From IMG/VR virus record IMGVR_UViG_3300045988_017185: a stretch of 42,784 nt of DNA. One strand, written 5' to 3'. Below the pieces are notes generated by a model. The model had not been told where the DNA came from. It searched no databases and saw only the letters and a program-made list of their open reading frames with translations. The translations under genes and the position numbers were made by a program. This stretch comes from a virus. Below, piece by piece: positions 38,653-42,784 of the stretch; position 1 is the stretch's first letter; the number at the start of each line of letters is the position of its first letter.

Positions 38653-40233
38653 ATGGTGGAAAAACAAACTGATGTAGCTTATGGTAGAGCTAAAGCAGTT
38701 TATGACAAGTTAACCCAAGATCGAGAGGATTACACACGGAGAGCCGAAGAGTGCGCAAAGTACACCATTCCTCGTCTATTCCCTAGAGAATATGATGATA
38801 GTGGTACCGACTATGCAACACCTTATAACTCAGTGGGTGCAAGAGGGGTAAACAATCTGGCATCTAAATTGTTGCTTGCATTGTTGCCTCCCAATCAGCC
38901 TTTCTTTAGGTTTGGTCTAGATGAAGAATCAATGACAATGCTTCAGGAATCGAATAACGAGCAAATGAAGGATGCCATTGAACTTGGTTTGTCTATGCTT
39001 GAGAATGCTGTAGTCAAGTATATGGAAGCTAATTCTCTTAGACCGACTCTAAGTGAGGCCATAAAGCAGCTCATTGTAGCTGGTAATGCCTTATTGTTTC
39101 TTCCTCCAAAAGAAGGCGGTGTCAAATGTTACAAACTCAGAAACTATGTTGTTCAGAGGGATGGGACGGGTAATGTCCTTCAGATTGTAGCTAAAGACAC
39201 TATGAGTAGAGCTTCGTTGCCTGACTATGTTTCTAAGTTCTTGAATGATCACAGACCGGTCATCAACGAAGACTCTAAGCCTTCTGAGGAAAAGGTAGAT
39301 ATTTATACGCATACCTACTTGGATGGTGACAGATGGAAGTCTTACCAAGAGATAGATGGCTTTAAGGTACCTAAGAGTGAACAAACGTATCCTAAAGACA
39401 AGCTTCCGTGGATGCCTATAAGATTCTCTAAGATTGACGGTGAGAACTATGGGCGTTCCTTTGTGGAAGATTTTCTTGGTGACTTAAGAAGCCTTGAAGT
39501 TCTCTCTCAGTCGATTGTTGATTTGTCAAAGATTGCTGCTAAGGTAGTCTATCTGGTTAGTCCTTCTTGTCAGACGAATATACAGGCTTTGGCTAAAGCT
39601 AGAAATGGTGCTTATGTGAAGGGACGTGTAGATGATGTTGTCCCTGTACAGTTAAACAAATCTGCTGACATGCAGGTTACTATGAGTACCGCTTCTAACA
39701 TTGAGCAAAGATTGTCTTTCTGTTTCCTTCTTAATAGTGCAGTCCAAACTGGTGCTCAAGGAAGAGATAGAGTTACGGCAGAAGAAATACGATATGTTGC
39801 AGGTGAACTTGAAGATACTTTAGGTGGCACCTATTCTCTTCTGTCTAATGAACTTCAGATGCCATTGGTTAAGTGTATCTTCAATCAGATGCAATCCAAT
39901 GGTCAACTCCCAGACTTCGGAGAGTTCGACTCTAGAATTGAACCTACGATTGTTACAGGTGTTGATGCTCTTGGACGTGGACATGATCTAGCTAACTTGA
40001 CTCAGGCTATGACAATTCTATCACAGTTCCCTGATGTTATGCAAAGTGTCAATCAAAACAATCTGGCATTGAGAGTCTTTACGAGTGCCCATATAGACCC
40101 AACAGGTTTGATTAAGACACCTGAACAAATCGAACAAGAAAGACAAGCTCAGATGCAAATGTATCAACAACAGGTTGCTACGGATACGGCAGGACAAGTC
40201 GTAGCAGATCAAGCTAGAGCACAAGCTCAATAA
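38653..40233 (+). CDS. portal (head-tail connector) protein (T7 gp8-like)
   Basis: 526 aa. VYDKLTQDREDYTRRAEECAKYTIPRLFP, GARGVNNLASKLLLALLPP, NYGRSFVEDFLGDLRSLE and RVTAEEIRYVAGELEDTLGG are nearly collinear with T7 gp8. Confidence 0.96.
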   Translation: MVEKQTDVAYGRAKAVYDKLTQDREDYTRRAEECAKYTIPRLFPREYDDSGTDYATPYNSVGARGVNNLASKLLLALLPPNQPFFRFGLDEESMTMLQESNNEQMKDAIELGLSMLENAVVKYMEANSLRPTLSEAIKQLIVAGNALLFLPPKEGGVKCYKLRNYVVQRDGTGNVLQIVAKDTMSRASLPDYVSKFLNDHRPVINEDSKPSEEKVDIYTHTYLDGDRWKSYQEIDGFKVPKSEQTYPKDKLPWMPIRFSKIDGENYGRSFVEDFLGDLRSLEVLSQSIVDLSKIAAKVVYLVSPSCQTNIQALAKARNGAYVKGRVDDVVPVQLNKSADMQVTMSTASNIEQRLSFCFLLNSAVQTGAQGRDRVTAEEIRYVAGELEDTLGGTYSLLSNELQMPLVKCIFNQMQSNGQLPDFGEFDSRIEPTIVTGVDALGRGHDLANLTQAMTILSQFPDVMQSVNQNNLALRVFTSAHIDPTGLIKTPEQIEQERQAQMQMYQQQVATDTAGQVVADQARAQAQ

Positions 40234-40253
40234 TACTAAAGGATGATAACTAA

Positions 40254-41030
40254 ATGAGTGGTGAAGCCCCTACTAATGAACCTGTAGATACCGGTAATAT
40301 TGATGTGCAGGTTGGTGCAGATACCGGTACTGTACAAATGAATACTGATGGGAGCAATGGTCAATCCATTATGGCTCCTGAAGGTGAACCTGATGTTACT
40401 ACACAAGGTGAAGCTGATACTAATGACAGCTCTAGCAACGACAATAATCCTCCTAGTGATACTACCCTAGCGAATGACGTAGCTAAACATCAGGATACTC
40501 TTAAGGCTCTTGAAAAAGACCTCCGTAATAAGGGAGTGGACTTCAAGCAGGCCATTAAGGAATATGAAGAATCTGGTAATATTTCCAGTCGTACTTTGGC
40601 TAACCTTGTGAATGCAGGTTATCCGAAAGAAGTGATTGAGTCTTTTATTGAAGGAAGACATGCAATCGAAGAAAGATTCACTAAAGCAGTCTATGAATCT
40701 GCCGGTGGTGAAGAAGAATACTTTAAGATGACTCAATGGGCGGCCAATAACCTTCCTCAGAGTACCCTTAAAGCGTTCAACAAAGCTCTCGATAGTAATG
40801 ACTTGGATTTGATCTCGATGATGGTTGCAGGGATTCAATCCAAGATGAACGCTACGAGAGGTACATCTAATCCTACACTTTTGGGCAGTACCCAAGGTGC
40901 AGGCGGAGGAGAACCTAAAGGGTTTGCATCGAAGCAGGATATGATTAAAGCTATGTCTGACCCTAGATATGCGAGAGACCCTGCATATACCCGTTCTGTT
41001 GAACAAAAGATGCTCTATACTGTATTTTAA
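40254..41030 (+). CDS. scaffolding protein (T7 gp9-like)
   Basis: 258-aa acidic protein between the portal and capsid genes. Confidence 0.8.
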   Translation: MSGEAPTNEPVDTGNIDVQVGADTGTVQMNTDGSNGQSIMAPEGEPDVTTQGEADTNDSSSNDNNPPSDTTLANDVAKHQDTLKALEKDLRNKGVDFKQAIKEYEESGNISSRTLANLVNAGYPKEVIESFIEGRHAIEERFTKAVYESAGGEEEYFKMTQWAANNLPQSTLKAFNKALDSNDLDLISMMVAGIQSKMNATRGTSNPTLLGSTQGAGGGEPKGFASKQDMIKAMSDPRYARDPAYTRSVEQKMLYTVF

Positions 41031-41090
41031 AAAAATAAATAAACCGATAATAATATAATAAAAATAATAACATAATAAGAGGTTATTTAA

Positions 41091-42107
41091 ATGGCAGCTC
41101 TTAATGCTAATTCTATTTCCAATCCTGGTCAACAACTGAGTGCAGGTGATCGCCGTGCGTTGTTCCTGAAGATTTTTGCAGGTGAAGTTCTGACGGCTTT
41201 TGCTCGTACCACGGTTATGATGGACAAGCATATTGTCCGAACTATTAACTATGGACGTTCGGCAAGTTTTCCTGTTATGGGCCGTACGCATGCTAAGTAC
41301 CTTGAACCCGGTAACAACTTGGACGATCAACGTAAGAAGATGGAACACACCGAGAAGATCATCGAGATCGACGGTCTTCTTACGGCTGACTGCTTGATTA
41401 CCGATATTGACGAAGCAATGAACCACTATGATGTTCGTTCTGAATACTCTCGTCAACTTGGTGAAGCTCTTGCTCAGGCTGCTGACTGTGCTGTTATCAA
41501 TGAACTTGCTAATCTGGCAGCTAAGAAAACTGCGGGTATGCAAGAAAACATTCCTGAAAATTCTACCCTTGAAAACCCCGGTACGGGTAAGGCTTATGAA
41601 TTTGTTACCGGTATGGACGAAGCCCAATCCGCAGCGTATGGCAATAAGCTTCTTGAAGGTCTGATTGCTGCTCGTGCTGCATTTACCCGTAACTATGTGC
41701 CTCAGGCTGATCGTTACTTCTTGACGACTCCTGAAGGTTACTCTGCTATTCTCCGTGCGTTGATGCCTGATGCGGCTAACTATGCGGCTCTCTTTGACCC
41801 GTCTAGCGGTCGCTTGATGAATGTTGCAGGCTTCCAGATCATTGAAGTTCCGCACTTCATTAACGATGGTGTTGACAACAAGCATAAGCTGAAGGCTCAA
41901 TTGACTACTGCTGTGTTGCAAGGTATTGTATTCCACAGATCGGCTGTGGGTACGGTTAAGCTCCGTGATCTTGCTATGGAACAAGCACGTAGAGCTGAAT
42001 ATCAGGCAGATCAAATTATCGCTAAGATGGCTGTTGGTCACGGTGGTCTTAGACCTGAAGCCGTTGGTGTCTTTGTTAAGACTGCTCAGGTTGGCTCCGA
42101 TACCTAA
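41091..42107 (+). CDS. major capsid protein (T7 gp10A-like)
   Basis: 338 aa. LFLKIFAGEVLTAFARTTV, HTEKIIEIDGLLTADCLITDIDEAMNHYDVRSEYSRQLGEALA, FHRSAVGTVKLRDLAMEQARRAEYQADQIIAKMAVGHGGLRPEA closely parallel T7 gp10A. Confidence 0.97.
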   Translation: MAALNANSISNPGQQLSAGDRRALFLKIFAGEVLTAFARTTVMMDKHIVRTINYGRSASFPVMGRTHAKYLEPGNNLDDQRKKMEHTEKIIEIDGLLTADCLITDIDEAMNHYDVRSEYSRQLGEALAQAADCAVINELANLAAKKTAGMQENIPENSTLENPGTGKAYEFVTGMDEAQSAAYGNKLLEGLIAARAAFTRNYVPQADRYFLTTPEGYSAILRALMPDAANYAALFDPSSGRLMNVAGFQIIEVPHFINDGVDNKHKLKAQLTTAVLQGIVFHRSAVGTVKLRDLAMEQARRAEYQADQIIAKMAVGHGGLRPEAVGVFVKTAQVGSDT

Positions 42108-42117
42108 GGAGTAGTCG

Positions 42118-42300
42118 ATGCCTGCTGATCTTAATAAGTATGGTAACACCTACGATATTACTGCTAAGAAGTGGGTGAAAGACATGACGGATTCTGAGCT
42201 TGAAACTTATGGCTACAAAGAAGAGGAAGAGGACGGAGAAGAAGGCCAAGCTCTTCAGACTGTAGCTACTAAGACGAGAGCTAAGAAGACCGTAGCTTAA
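42118..42300 (+). CDS. hypothetical protein (60 aa) downstream of the capsid gene
   Basis: TAAGGAG SD. Acidic centre and basic tail. Confidence 0.65.
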   Translation: MPADLNKYGNTYDITAKKWVKDMTDSELETYGYKEEEEDGEEGQALQTVATKTRAKKTVA

Positions 42301-42313
42301 CTAATAAACTATA

Positions 42314-42356
42314 AGCCCTAGAGTGTACTTTAAGTATGCCCTAGGGCTATTTTTTC
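42314..42356 (+). terminator. CCCTAGG-core hairpin plus T6 run (Tphi-like late terminator after the capsid genes)
   Basis: AGCCCTAG...CCCTAGGGCT followed by ATTTTTTCT. Its position matches T7 Tphi. Confidence 0.75.
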
Positions 42357-42398
42357 TAGGATAGTGTAAACTATCTACGATATTTTAGGAGATTAGCT

Positions 42399-42784
42399 TT
42401 GATTATAACTCCGCAAAATGAATTAGATGCAGTCAATGAAATCCTAAGTGCTATAGGCTCTTCTCCTGTTTCTAGCCTTGAAGACGAAAACAATGTTGAT
42501 GTCATCAATGCTAAAAGAATTCTTAAAGGTGTATCCAAGGAAATACAAGCAAGAGGGTGGTTCTTTAATACTCTTGAAATGATACATCTTGACCCTGAAG
42601 ATAACCGGTATGGTAAATTTAATGTTCCTTGTCCTAATAGTTATCTCAGGTTTGAAGCTCCAACCTATAAGTTAATTCGAAGAGACGGGTATTTCTTTGA
42701 TGTGTATAGTCAAACCAATATATTCCCTGAAGGTTTGGACATTAAGATACTTGTCAAGGAACTTCCGTTCAATGAGCTTCCAGA
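42399..42784 (+). CDS. tail tubular protein A (T7 gp11-like), N-terminal part; continues into 78-306 via the circular junction
   Basis: TTG start 6 nt after AGGAGA. The frame stays open to the window end and is continuous with bases 1-306. Confidence 0.88.
   Translation, partial: MIITPQNELDAVNEILSAIGSSPVSSLEDENNVDVINAKRILKGVSKEIQARGWFFNTLEMIHLDPEDNRYGKFNVPCPNSYLRFEAPTYKLIRRDGYFFDVYSQTNIFPEGLDIKILVKELPFNELP
42708..42784. repeat. 77-bp terminal overlap, identical to 1-77
   Basis: See the feature at 1-77. Confidence 0.97.

Noticed and set aside
42040-42120. A T7 gene 10A/10B-type programmed frameshift extending the capsid protein
   Set aside because: The -1 frame hits TAA at 42077-42079. The +1 frame closes at 42112-42114, before the next ORF. 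Neither shift yields a meaningful extension or a fusion to the 60-aa ORF.
40467-42149. 560-aa ORF on the - strand
   Set aside because: It is entirely antisense to the scaffold and major capsid genes, whose + strand products are unmistakably T7 gp9/gp10-like. The translation is low-complexity (Ser/Leu/Arg/Thr-rich) and has no SD. Long antisense frames are a by-product of the biased codon usage of the capsid gene.

Overview
The window is a complete, circularly closed assembly of a T7-like (Autographiviridae-type) podophage. The first 77 bp are identical to the last 77 bp, and the overlap falls inside the gp11-like gene, so the unique length is 42707 bp. All credible genes are on the + strand and follow T7 gene order, permuted so the window opens in gene 11. 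The order is: gp11, gp12, gp14-, gp15- and gp16-like internal virion proteins and two tail-fibre genes; an accessory block at 12970-18814; holin-like protein and small and large terminase; a ~1.3 kb terminal/early non-coding region with sigma70-type promoters; single-subunit RNA polymerase; SSB, endonuclease I, amidase and embedded spanins; a nucleotide-metabolism/tRNA/HNH accessory block at 27722-31555; primase-helicase, HNH, DNA polymerase, gp5.7-like protein and exonuclease; small virion proteins, GNAT, portal, scaffold and major capsid. A phage-promoter family (core ATCTGACTGTAAGA, with an ATCTTAC variant) is usually followed by CTAGG-core hairpins and punctuates the map. There are two canonical tRNAs, Arg-UCU and Gln-UUG, and one aberrant 122-nt tRNA-like element. 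Six things look most unusual: (1) three tandem divergent paralogs after the tail fibres, two with conserved G9 tracts at their C-terminal codons and the third out of frame; (2) an anaerobic RNR (NrdD) whose glycyl-radical segment is a separate 60-aa ORF, with no activase gene; (3) a ThyX-like gene whose signature motifs are in permuted order; (4) the tRNA-like element with a ~49-nt insertion; (5) a Gly/Cys-rich coiled-coil orphan with capsid-like codon usage; (6) a small ORF with an in-frame TGA. No CRISPR array, rRNA, integrase or transposase was seen. All homology statements come from reading the translations by eye against remembered T7 and family motifs. No searches were run.
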